In this document: positions 11,302-20,911 of the stretch, piece by piece
Position numbering within the stretch: position 1 is the stretch's first letter
How the letters are laid out: each line of letters starts with the position of its first letter
From: Mobula hypostoma
Lineage: Eukaryota
Length of the DNA stretch: 64,000 nt
NCBI RefSeq assembly: GCF_963921235.1
Contig: NC_086101.1
Span: 1,488,001-1,552,000 of the forward strand
Direction of reading: 5' to 3'
Notes under the pieces: model-generated
Seen by the model: only the letters and a program-made list of their open reading frames with translations
Database searches by the model: none
Told to the model about the DNA's origin: nothing
Position numbers and translations under genes: made by a program

Positions 11302-14070
11302 GTGCATGGAGTAAAGCCAGATCTAACGTATAAAGAGGCTTTGAGGAAAGGAAAGCAGAATAAAGGGTGTAAAGATAGTAAGGTAGAAGGGCTAAAATGC
11401 GTGTACTTCAATGCAAGAAGCATCAGGAACAAAGGTGATGAACTGAGAGCTTGGATACATACATGGAATTATGATGTAGTGGCCATTACAGAGACTTGGC
11501 TGGCACCAGGGCAGGAATGGATTCTCAATATTCCTGGATTTCAGTGTTTTAAGAGGGATAGAGAGGGTGGAAAAGGAGAGGAGGGGTGGCATTACTGGTC
11601 AGGGATACTATTACAGCAACAGAAAGGGTGGGTAATGTAGCAGGATCCTCTTTTGAGTCAATATGGGTGGAAGTCAGGAACAGGAAGGGAGCAGTTACTC
11701 TATTGGGGGTATTCTATAGGCCCCCTGGTAGCAGCAGAAATACCAAGGAGCAGATTGGGAGGCAGATTTTGGAAAGGTGCAAAAATAACAGGGTTGTTAT
11801 CATGGGTGACTTTAACTTCCCTAATATTGATTGGCACCTGATTAGTTCCAAGGATTTAGATGGGGCAGAATTTGTTAAGAGTGTCCAGGACGGATTCCTA
11901 TCACAGTATGTGGACAGACCGACCAGGGGGAATGCCATTATGAGGCCATAAGGCTAGAACTTGCGGGTGTGAATTGGGATGATGTTTTTGCAGGGAAATG
12001 TACTATGGACATGTGGTTGATGTTTAGAGATCTCCTGCAGGATGTTGGGGATAAATTTGTCCCGGTGAGGAAGATAATGAATGGTAGGGTGAAGGAACCA
12101 TGGATGACAAGTGAGGTGGAAAATCTAGTCAGGTGGAAGAAGGCAGCATACATGAGGTTTAGGAAGCAAGGATTAGATGGGTCTATTGAGGAATATAGGG
12201 AAGCAAGAAAGGAGCTTAAGAAGGGGCTGAGGAGAGCAAGAAGGGGGCATGAGAAGGCCTTGGCGAGTAGGGTAAAGGAAAACCCCAAGGCATTCTTCAA
12301 TTATGTGAAGAACAAAAGGATGACAGGAGTGAAGGTAGGACCGATTAGAGATAAAGGTGGGAAGATGTGCCTGGAGGCTGTGGAAGTGAGCGAGGTCCTC
12401 AATCAATACTTCTCTTCGGTATTCACCAATGAGAGGGAACTTGATGATGGTGAGGACAATATGAGTGAGGTTGATGTTCTGGAGCATGTTGATATTAAGG
12501 GAGAGGAGGTGTTGGAGTTGTTAAAATACATTAGGACGGAAAAGTCCCCGGAGTCTGACAGAATATTCCCCAGGCTGCTCCACGAGGCGAGGGAAGAGAT
12601 TGCTGAGCCTCTGGCTAGGATCTTTATGTCCTCGTTGTCCACGGGAATGTTTGTCCTTCCAAAGTTTACCACTTTGCGGGAGGCAAATGTTGTCCCCTTG
12701 TTCAAAAAAGGTAGTAGGGATAGTCCGGGTAAATATAGACCAGTGAGCCTTATGTCTGTGGTGGGAAAGCTGTTGGAAAAGATTCTTAGAGATAGGATCT
12801 ATAGGCATTTAGAGAATCATGGTTTTGTGAAGGGCAAATCGTGTCTAACAAGCCTGATGGAGTTCTTTGAAGAGGTGACCAGGCATATAGATGAGGGTAG
12901 TGCAGTGGATGTGATCTACATGGATTTCATTAGGGCATTTGACAAGGTTCCACACGGTAGGCTTATTCAGGATGTTAGAAGGCATGGGATCCAGGGAAGT
13001 TTGGCTGGGTGGATTCAGAATTGGCTTGCCTGCAGAAAGCAGAGGATCATGGAGGAGGGAGTACATTCGGATTGGATGGTTGTGACTCGTGGTGTCCCAC
13101 AAGGAATTTTTCTGGGACCTCTGCTTTTTGTGACTTGTATTAACGACCTGCATGTGGGGGTACAAGGGTGGGTTGGCAAGTTTGTAGATGACACAAAGGT
13201 TGGTGGTGTTGTAGATAGTGTAGAGGATTGTCGAAGATTGCAGAGAGACATTGATAGGATGCAGAAGTGGGCTGAGAAGTGGCAGATGGAGTTCAACCCG
13301 GAAAAGTGTGAGGTGGTACACTTTGGAAGGACAAACTCCAAGGCAGAGTACAAAGTAAATGGCAGGATACTTGGTAGTGTGGAGGAGCAGAGGGATCTGG
13401 GGTTACATGTCCACAGATCCCTGAAAGTTGCCTCACAGGTGGATAGGGTAGTTAAGAAAGCTTATGGGGTGTTAGCTTTCATAAGTCGAGGGATAGAGTT
13501 TAAGAGTCACGAGGTAATGATGCAGCTCTATAAAACTCTGGTTAGGCCACACTTGGAGTACTGTGTCCAGTTCTGGTCGCCTCACTATAGGAAGGATATG
13601 GAAGCATTGGAGAGGGTACAGAGGAGATTTACCAGGATGCTGCCTGGTTTCGAGAGTATGCATTATGATCAGAGATTAAGGGAGCTAAGGCTTTACTCTT
13701 TGGAGAGGAGGAGGATGAGAGGAGACATGATAGAGGTGTACAAGATAATAAGAGGAATAGATAGAATGGATAGCCAGCGCCTCTTCCCCAGGGCACCACT
13801 GCTCAATACAAGAGGACATGGCTTTAAGGTAAGGGGTGGGAAGTTCAAGGGGGATATTAGAGGAAGGTTTTTTACTCAGAGAGTGGTTGGTGCGTGGAAT
13901 GCACTGCCTGAGTCAGTGGTGGAGGCAGATACACTAGTGAAGTTTAAGAGACTACTAGACAGGTATTTGGAGGAATTTAAGGTGGGGGGTTATATGGGAG
14001 GCAGGGTTTGAGGGTCGGCACAATATTGTGGGCCGAAGGGCCTTACTGTGCTGTACTATTCTATGTTCTA
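11302..14070 (+). mobile_element. Relatively young CR1 LINE (APE endonuclease plus RT ORF2, 3' tail)
   Basis: Endonuclease motifs YFNARSIRNK, VAITETWL, YRPP and MGDFNFP (frameshifted, with a deletion near 11940). Open 680-aa RT ORF. Tail tgtactattctatgttcta. Confidence 0.95.
11969..14011 (+). CDS. CR1 ORF2 reverse transcriptase, open portion of 680 aa (probably non-functional)
   Basis: YRPVSL, DFIRAFDKV, GVPQG, KFVDDTK (FADD is FVDD here), RPHLEYCVQFWSP. Confidence 0.75.
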   Translation: MNWDDVFAGKCTMDMWLMFRDLLQDVGDKFVPVRKIMNGRVKEPWMTSEVENLVRWKKAAYMRFRKQGLDGSIEEYREARKELKKGLRRARRGHEKALASRVKENPKAFFNYVKNKRMTGVKVGPIRDKGGKMCLEAVEVSEVLNQYFSSVFTNERELDDGEDNMSEVDVLEHVDIKGEEVLELLKYIRTEKSPESDRIFPRLLHEAREEIAEPLARIFMSSLSTGMFVLPKFTTLREANVVPLFKKGSRDSPGKYRPVSLMSVVGKLLEKILRDRIYRHLENHGFVKGKSCLTSLMEFFEEVTRHIDEGSAVDVIYMDFIRAFDKVPHGRLIQDVRRHGIQGSLAGWIQNWLACRKQRIMEEGVHSDWMVVTRGVPQGIFLGPLLFVTCINDLHVGVQGWVGKFVDDTKVGGVVDSVEDCRRLQRDIDRMQKWAEKWQMEFNPEKCEVVHFGRTNSKAEYKVNGRILGSVEEQRDLGLHVHRSLKVASQVDRVVKKAYGVLAFISRGIEFKSHEVMMQLYKTLVRPHLEYCVQFWSPHYRKDMEALERVQRRFTRMLPGFESMHYDQRLRELRLYSLERRRMRGDMIEVYKIIRGIDRMDSQRLFPRAPLLNTRGHGFKVRGGKFKGDIRGRFFTQRVVGAWNALPESVVEADTLVKFKRLLDRYLEEFKVGGYMGGRV

Positions 14071-14505
14071 TCTTATCTATCCCTTTCAAAATTTTGTATG
14101 TTTCCATAAGATCCCCTCTCATTCTTCTGAACTCCAGAGAGTATAGTCCCAGGTGACTCAATCTCTCCTCATAGGTCAACCCCTTCATCTCTGGAATCAA
14201 CCTGGTGAACCACCTCTGCACTGCCTCTGAAGCCAGTATATCCTTCCTCAAGTATGGAGACCAGAACTGCACACAGTACTCCAGGTGCGGCCTCACCAGT
14301 ACCCTGTATAGTTGCAGCATGACCTCCCTGCTCTTGAGTTCAATCCCTCTAGCAATGAAGGCCAACATTCCGTTTGCCTTCTTAATAACCTGTTGTACCT
14401 GCAAGCCAACTTTTTGTGATTCATGCACAAGCACCCCCAAGTCCCTCTGCACAACAGCCGTCTTTCACCATTTAAATAAGAATCTGCTCTTCTATTAATC
14501 CTTCC
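14071..14505 (-). mobile_element. CR1 ORF2 C-terminal fragment
   Basis: ORF 13955-14452 has QRDLGVLV...RPHLEYCVQFWSP...RRMRGDL. Confidence 0.85.
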
Positions 14506-14599
14506 AAATGTTGTCTGTGTGACTGTGATTCTCCTAATGGACAAGTGTTGCTTGTGTGACTGGGTATAGGTTTGTGTGTCCCTGTAGCAACTGGTTGTG

Positions 14600-14836
14600 T
14601 TGGATTTCATAGTTCTGTTCCGGAATCCTCTGTAAGGAGACTCTGGACATTCTCCCCATGTGTTTTCTCTGGGTGTTTCCGTATCCTCCCAGACACCAGA
14701 GACATACCTGATAGGTTAACTAGTTAGTAAATTGTCCGGTGATTATGTTAGGCTTAATTGGGATTGTTGGGGGTTTCTGGGCGATTCGACTCAAAGTGTC
14801 CTGAAAGGCCAATTCCATGCTTATATTTAAATAATT
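14600..14836 (+). mobile_element. Degraded V-SINE/HE1-like SINE
   Basis: tgtaaggag...ttctccccatg...gggtgtttccgtatcctccca...ggttaa...gtaaattgtcc resembles the V-SINE central domain, followed by a CR1-like tail. Confidence 0.55.
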
Positions 14837-15008
14837 ATCAGTGTTCCCAGGATTAATAAAGTATGACTACTACTACTAGTCTTCATACAGTATAGAAATA
14901 GTGCATCTGCCTGCTTCCTCGTCTCGGGCTCATGGAGACTCTAAACTTGAACTAGTAAACAAGTCTGAACCTCACTTTCAATTATCTGCCTTTTTGTGTT
15001 ATTATCAG

Positions 15009-15095
15009 TGCAGACATGGACACTTACAAGAAGAACAAGTCGACTTTGGTCAAAATAAGAGCTTTGCCAGCTTCAGAAATTTACACAGTTTCCAG
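15009..15095 (+). CDS. Candidate internal exon of an unidentified + strand gene
   Basis: Apparently non-repetitive 87-nt segment with acceptor tttttgtgttattatcAG and donor CAG|GTAATG. Open as CRHGHLQEEQVDFGQNKSFASFRNLHSFQ or ADMDTYKKNKSTLVKIRALPASEIYTVS. Confidence 0.35.
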
Positions 15096-15124
15096 GTAAT
15101 GTTTAACCAACGAGAGACCTGTGA

Positions 15125-15340
15125 AAACATGGCAAACCCCTCTTCAACCCCCCCCACCCCAACCAATCCTCCCCCCTCAGCCCATCTACCCCGTCGCCTC
15201 CCTCTTCGCCCTCCCGTCACCTCCCTCTTCGCCCTCCCGTCGCCTCCCTCTTTCCCCACCCCCGGGCACCTCCCTCTCCCCCCCCGTCACCTCCCTCTTC
15301 CCCCTCTTTTGTCCCCATCTGCCAGCCGCTCCCTCCCCCT
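15125..15340. repeat. C-rich low-complexity or degenerate minisatellite
   Basis: Repeated ccctcccgtc(a/g)cctccctctt units. Confidence 0.7.
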
Positions 15341-15344
15341 TTAG

Positions 15345-15825
15345 ACAGTATGTCTGCTCATTGATGCAAATATCAAAGTAAAGTAAAGGCATCCGTTAGT
15401 CTTGCGAGACCATGGATCTGCGCCTGGAAAGTCTTCACTCTCCAGGGCGCAGGCCTGGGCAAGGTTGTATGGAAGACGGGCAGTTGCCCATGCTGCAAGT
15501 CTCCCCTCTCCACGACACCAATGTTGTCCATGGGAAGGGCATTAGGACCCATACAGCTTGGCACCAGTGTCGTTGCAGAGCAACGTGTGATTAAGTGTCT
15601 TGCTCAAGGACACAACACGTTCCCTCGGCTGGGGCTCGAACTCACGACCTTCAGATCGCTAGTCCAATGCCTTAACCACTTGGCCACATATCAAATGGTA
15701 AGGAAAACAAAACACATCCAGTGAGTAATGGTTCAGTGGACAAAACGGCTTGTTCATGAACGAGGTCAGAGGAGAATGGCCAGACTGCTTGAGGCTGACA
15801 GCAAGGTGGCATTAACTGAAATAAT
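15345..15825 (+). mobile_element. Tc1-like transposon remnant, interrupted by a SINE
   Basis: KRLVHERGQRRMARLLEADSKVALTEI resembles the HTH region of fish Tc1 transposases. Confidence 0.6.
15378..15687 (-). mobile_element. tRNA-derived SINE, same family as 25575-25902
   Basis: Reverse strand has box A GTGGCCAAGTGG and box B GAGTTCGAGCCC. 8-bp TSD ATATCAAA at 15370-15377 and 15688-15695. Confidence 0.9.
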
Positions 15826-16542
15826 TCATATCCATACAAAAAGGAACAGAATTAGGCCATTTGGTCCATCGATTCTGCCCCACCATTCAATCATGGCTGA
15901 TCCCTTTCTCCTCCTCTTCAGCCTCACTCCCCAGACTTCTCACTGTAACCTTTCAAGAACCGATCATGCTTTGCCTTAAATACACCCAAATATCTGGCCA
16001 CCACACCTGCCCATGGTAATAAATGCCACAAGTTCGCCAGCTTCTGGCTAAAGAAATTTCTCCGCATCTCTGTTTTAAATGGACACCCCTCTATCCTGAG
16101 GCTGTGCCCTCTTGTCCCAGACTCTCCCACCATGGGAAACATCCTTTCCACATTTACTGTCTATGCCTTTCAACATTTGTAAGGTTTCAATGAGATCCCA
16201 CTTCATACTTATAAGTTCCAGAGCCATCAAACGTTCCTCATTTGATAACCTTTTCATTCCTGGAATCATCCTTGTGAACCTCCTCTGGACCCTCTCCAAT
16301 GCTAGCACATCTTTTCTAAGACGAGGGGCCTAAAACTATTCACAATACTCAAGGTGAGGCCTCACCAGTTCCTTATAAAGCCTCAGCATCACATCCCTGC
16401 TCTTGTATTCCAGACCTCTTCAGATAAATGCTAACATGCCATTTGCCTTCCTCACCACCAACTCCGTTTGCAAGTTAACCTTTAGGGTGTTCTGCACAAG
16501 GACTCCCAAGTCTATCTGCATCTCAGTCTCCTGGATTTTCTC

Positions 16543-16956
16543 AACACAAAATACTCTGCAGATGCTGGAGTCAAAGCAACACTCACAAAACGGCATGAAC
16601 ATTGAATTCTCCAACTTCTGGCAATTTCCTTCCCCCATCCTAGTTTCACTCTGCCCCCTCCCCCAGCTGCCTATCACCTCCCTCATGGTTCTGCCTCGTT
16701 CTACTACCCATTGTGTTTTCCCCTATTCCTTCTTCACCCTTCCTGCCTATCACCTCCCTGCTTCCCCTCCCCCACCCCTTTATCTTTCTCCTTACTGGTT
16801 TTTCACCTGGAACCTACCAGCCTTCTCCTTCCCACCCTCCCCCCACCTTCTTTATAGGGCCTCTGCCCCTCCCCCTACAGTCCTGACGAAGGGTCTCAGC
16901 CCGAAACATTGATTTTTTTTTCACGGATGCTGCCCGACCTCCAGCGTTTTGTGCGT
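16543..16956 (+). mobile_element. Penelope-like insertion with inverted end and hammerhead motif
   Basis: Perfect 16-bp TSD TCTCCTGGATTTTCTC at 16527-16542 and 16957-16972. GMNIEFSNF remnant. CTGACGA-AGGGTCTCAGCCC-GAAA at 16883-16906. Confidence 0.85.
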
Positions 16957-18577
16957 TCTCCTGGATTTTCTCCCTGTTTAGAAGATATTCTGCACATTTA
17001 TTTCTACTACCAAAGTGCGTGACCATACATTTTCCAACATTGTATTTAATTTGCCACTTTCTTGCCAATTCTCCTAAACTGACTAAGCCTTTCTGCAGCC
17101 TACGTGTTTCCTCAACACTACCTGCCTCTCCACTAGTCTTCGAATCATCTGCAAACTTGGCAAAAAAGCCATCTATTCCATCATCCAAATCATTGATATA
17201 CAGCATGAAAAGAAACTGTCCCAACACTGACCCCTACGGAACACCACTAGTCACTGGCAGCCAACCAGAAAAGAATCCTGTTGTTCACACTTGCTGCCTC
17301 CTACCAATTAGCCAATGGTCTAATCATGTTAGTAACTTTCCTATAACTCTTAACTTGGTAAGCAGCCTCATGTGTGGCACCTTGTCAAAGGCCTTCTATA
17401 TGTTCAAATATACAGCATCTACTGCATCCCCTTTATCTATCCTATGTGTAATCTCCTCACACAATTCCAACAGATTTGTCAGGCAAAATTTTCCCTTAAG
17501 GAAACTATACTGAGCTTGTCCTGCCTTCTGCATCACCAAGTACTCCATAACCTTGTGCTTAACAATTGACTTCGACATCTTCCCAACCACTGAAGTTAGG
17601 CCCACTGGTCTATGAATTCCTTTCTGCTACCTTCCTTAAAGAGTGGAGTGACATTTGCAATTTTCCAGTCCGTGCCAGAGTCCAATGAGTTTTGAGAGAT
17701 CATTACTAATGCCTCCACAATCAGAACCCTAGGGTGGAGTTCATCTGGCCCAGGTGACTCATGTACTCTTGGGTCTTTCAACTTTTTGAGTGCCTTCTTC
17801 CTTATAGTAGTAACTGCACTCACCACAGTCTGTGGGGATTGGTGATAACGTATCCTCTTCACTGACGACAAACACTGGTGTACCTCAGGAGTGTGTGCTT
17901 AGCCCACTGCTCTACTCTCTGACTGTGTGGCTAGGCATAGCTCAAATACCATCTATAAATTTGCTGTCCTGGGTATGACTCTAAACTGCAACCGGTGATG
18001 AGGCTCTGACTGGTGATGAGGCTCTGACTGGGGACTTTCAGAGCTTTGGGGAAAGTGGAGTTACCCCTTAGTCATTCATTGCTCCCAGGGCCGCTCTGAC
18101 CCAGAACGATAGCACCTGTGAGGAATCCTGCTCAGGATTTGAGTGAAGGCCAACGGCAGATCCGGCAGGTTCAGTAACTGAACTTATGACGGAGAAGGCG
18201 GATGAGCTACGCCCTCAAATAACAACGGCGATAATACAGGCGGATGAACATTTGGGAAGAGAAGTGGCGATTTCTTCATTCGCCCAACGGAAGGCAATAG
18301 AAAATCACCATTGCTAGATACTTGGTTTCCTAGAATCTATATGCTCAGAAAACCATGGTCAAACTCACAAAATGTATTGCACAACAACAGCGTCAAGATG
18401 ATCTTCAAGACAATTCTGAAGATGTTTCGCTCGGTAGGGTTGATTCTGGGCAGCGGGGATCCCTGACTGTCATCAAGCTACTGCTCATAAAATTCAAGTA
18501 ACACAAAAGAAAATTATTGCCACTTGGAATGTAAGAACCCCATATCAAGCAGGAAAATTGGACAATGTGATAAATGA

Positions 18578-18713
18578 CTCAAACAAGAGGAATTCTGCAG
18601 ATGCTGGAAATTCAAGCAACACGCATCAAAGTTGCTGGTGAACACAGCAGACCAGGCAGCATCTCTAGGAAGAGGTACAGTCGACGTTTCAGGCTGAGAC
18701 CCTTCGTCAGGAC
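18578..18713 (-). mobile_element. 136-bp Penelope-like pLTR insertion containing a hammerhead core
   Basis: 11-bp TSD GTGATAAATGA at 18567-18577 and 18714-18724. Confidence 0.85.
18678..18713 (-). ncRNA. Minimal type I hammerhead ribozyme motif (Penelope-type)
   Basis: Reverse strand reads GTC-CTGACGA-AGG(GTCTCAG)CCT-GAAA-CGTC-GAC: intact core, stem II, palindromic ACGT in place of stem III, GUC triplet, short stem I. Confidence 0.6.
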
Positions 18714-18818
18714 GTGATAAATGAAATGGAAGGACTAAAAATTAACATCATGAGAATTAGTGAAGTTCGTTGGAAGGTGCTGGAACATGTCAGAATAGAA
18801 ATAAAACACTAATTTATT

Positions 18819-19140
18819 TGGATAGTCAGAGGCTTTTTTCCCAGGGCTGAAATGATTGCCACAAGAGGACACAGGTTTAAGGTGCTGGGAAGCAGGTACA
18901 GAGGGGATGTCAGGGGTAAGTTTTTTACGCAGAGAGTGGTGAGTGCGTGGAATGGGCTGCCGGCAATGGTGGTGGAGGTGGATACGATAAGCTCTTTTAA
19001 GAGACTTTTGGATACGTACATGGAGCTTAGAAAAATAGTGGGCTATGGGTAAGCCTAGTAATTTCTAAGGTAGGGACATGTTCGGCACAACTTTGTGGGC
19101 TGAAGGGCCTGTATTGTGCTGTAGGTTTCCTATGTTTCTA
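18819..19140 (+). mobile_element. 5'-truncated CR1 3' end inserted in the RTE
   Basis: TRGHRFKVLGSRYRGDVRGKFFTQRVV plus tail. Near-identical to 31590-31800 and 32222-32320. Confidence 0.9.
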
Positions 19141-20131
19141 TTAAGTGTTTTAGGACACTGGGCAATATCAGAAAGAGTGTTCCTTGTTAAATTCAGAGGA
19201 CAACCATTTGATTTAGCAATTATACAGGTATATGCACCAACAACAGATGGAACAAATGAGGATATAGATAAATTCTATGAAGAGCTTGAACAAGCAAAGA
19301 ATGGATACAAATCTCAAGATATTGTTATTGTCATGGGAGATCTAAATGCTAAAGTAGGACAAGGTGTTGATGGAAATACCATAGGAAAATTTGGACTAGG
19401 GGAAAGAAATGAAAGAGGTGAGAAATGGGTAGAATGGTGCAAGATGAATAATCAGGTCATTATGAATACCTACTTTAAAGAGCATCCAAGATGCTTGTGG
19501 ACCTGGAAAAGTCCAGGTGATAACACAAGAAATCCAATTGACTTTATTACTATAAACCAAAGATTTAGAAACTCAGTGACTCAATGCAAAACATATCCAG
19601 GTGCAGACTGTAATAGTGACCATAACCCAGTAATATGCCATGTAAAAGTAAAACTTAAAAAACTAAAGAAGCAAAAACAATCCCTTGACTACTTGCAAAT
19701 AATTAAAGAAGAAAACTTGAGACAAAAGTTTACAATTGAAGTAAGGAATCGATTTTAAAGTCTAGAAATAGAATCTGTTGAAGATAATAGCAATCATGTA
19801 GAAATGAAGTTTAACTCTCTGAAGGATGCCTTGGTAGAATCAGCAAAGACAGTGATTCCTGAAAAAGAAAAAAGCACAAAGAATAAATCTAGTGGAAGAA
19901 AGGAGACTGAAGAGAGCAAACCCTATAGAATATAAGTCCGTAGATAAAAAAGTTAAAAGCTTATGTCAAAAAGCCAAAGAGAATGGTTAAACCAGGAATT
20001 ACTGATCCAAAAAGGTTCCATCAACAAATCAAGAATATCACTGGTAAAAAGCTCCTCTGTTCTTCAGGTGGATATTTGAAAGCAAAGGACGGTACCATTA
20101 TCATGGAAAAAGATGAGATTATGAACAGACG

Positions 20132-20911
20132 GACTGAGTTTATTCAGGAATTGTTTGAAGACAATCGAGGCGAAAAAACAGAAATTAAGAAGAACATTGA
20201 AGGTCCAAGTATTTTAAAATCTAAAGCTTGTAATGCAATAAATAAGATGAAGAAAGGAAAGGCAGCAGGTCCTGATGAATTAGTGATAGAACAGATTATT
20301 GCCTTTGAAAATTATGGAATTGAAAAACTTATTGATTTAATCAATGACATTTATGAGACCGGAATAATACCAGAAGAGATGGAAAAAATCAGTATTTATC
20401 ACTCTTCCAAAGAAACCTGGAGCAATAGAATGTGAATTAATAGGACCATATGTTTAATGAGTCATATCACTAAGATACTTCCAAGAATTTTGATGACAAG
20501 AGCTAAAAGTAAAATACAAGGACTGAGTTTATTCAGGAATTGTTTGAAGACGATCGAGGCGAAAAACCAGAAATTAAGAAGAACATTGAAGGTCCAAGTA
20601 TTTTAAAATCTAAAGCTTGTAATGCAATAAATAAGATGAAGAAAGGAAAGGCAGCAGGTCCTGATGAATTAGTGATAGAACAAATTATTGCCTTTGAAAA
20701 TTATGGAATTGAAAAACTTATTGATTTAATCAATGACATTTATGAGACCGGAATAATACCAGAAGAGATGGAAAAAAAATCAGTATTTATCACTCTTGCT
20801 AAGAAACCTGGAGCAATAGAATGTGAATTAATAGGACCAGAAGTTTAATGAGTCATATCACTAAGATACTTCCAAGAATTTTGATGACAAGAGCTAAAAG
20901 TAAAATACAAG
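20132..20911 (+). repeat. About 390-bp tandem duplication inside the RTE ORF
   Basis: 20132-20520 is repeated at 20521-20911 with a few substitutions and A-run differences. Confidence 0.9.
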
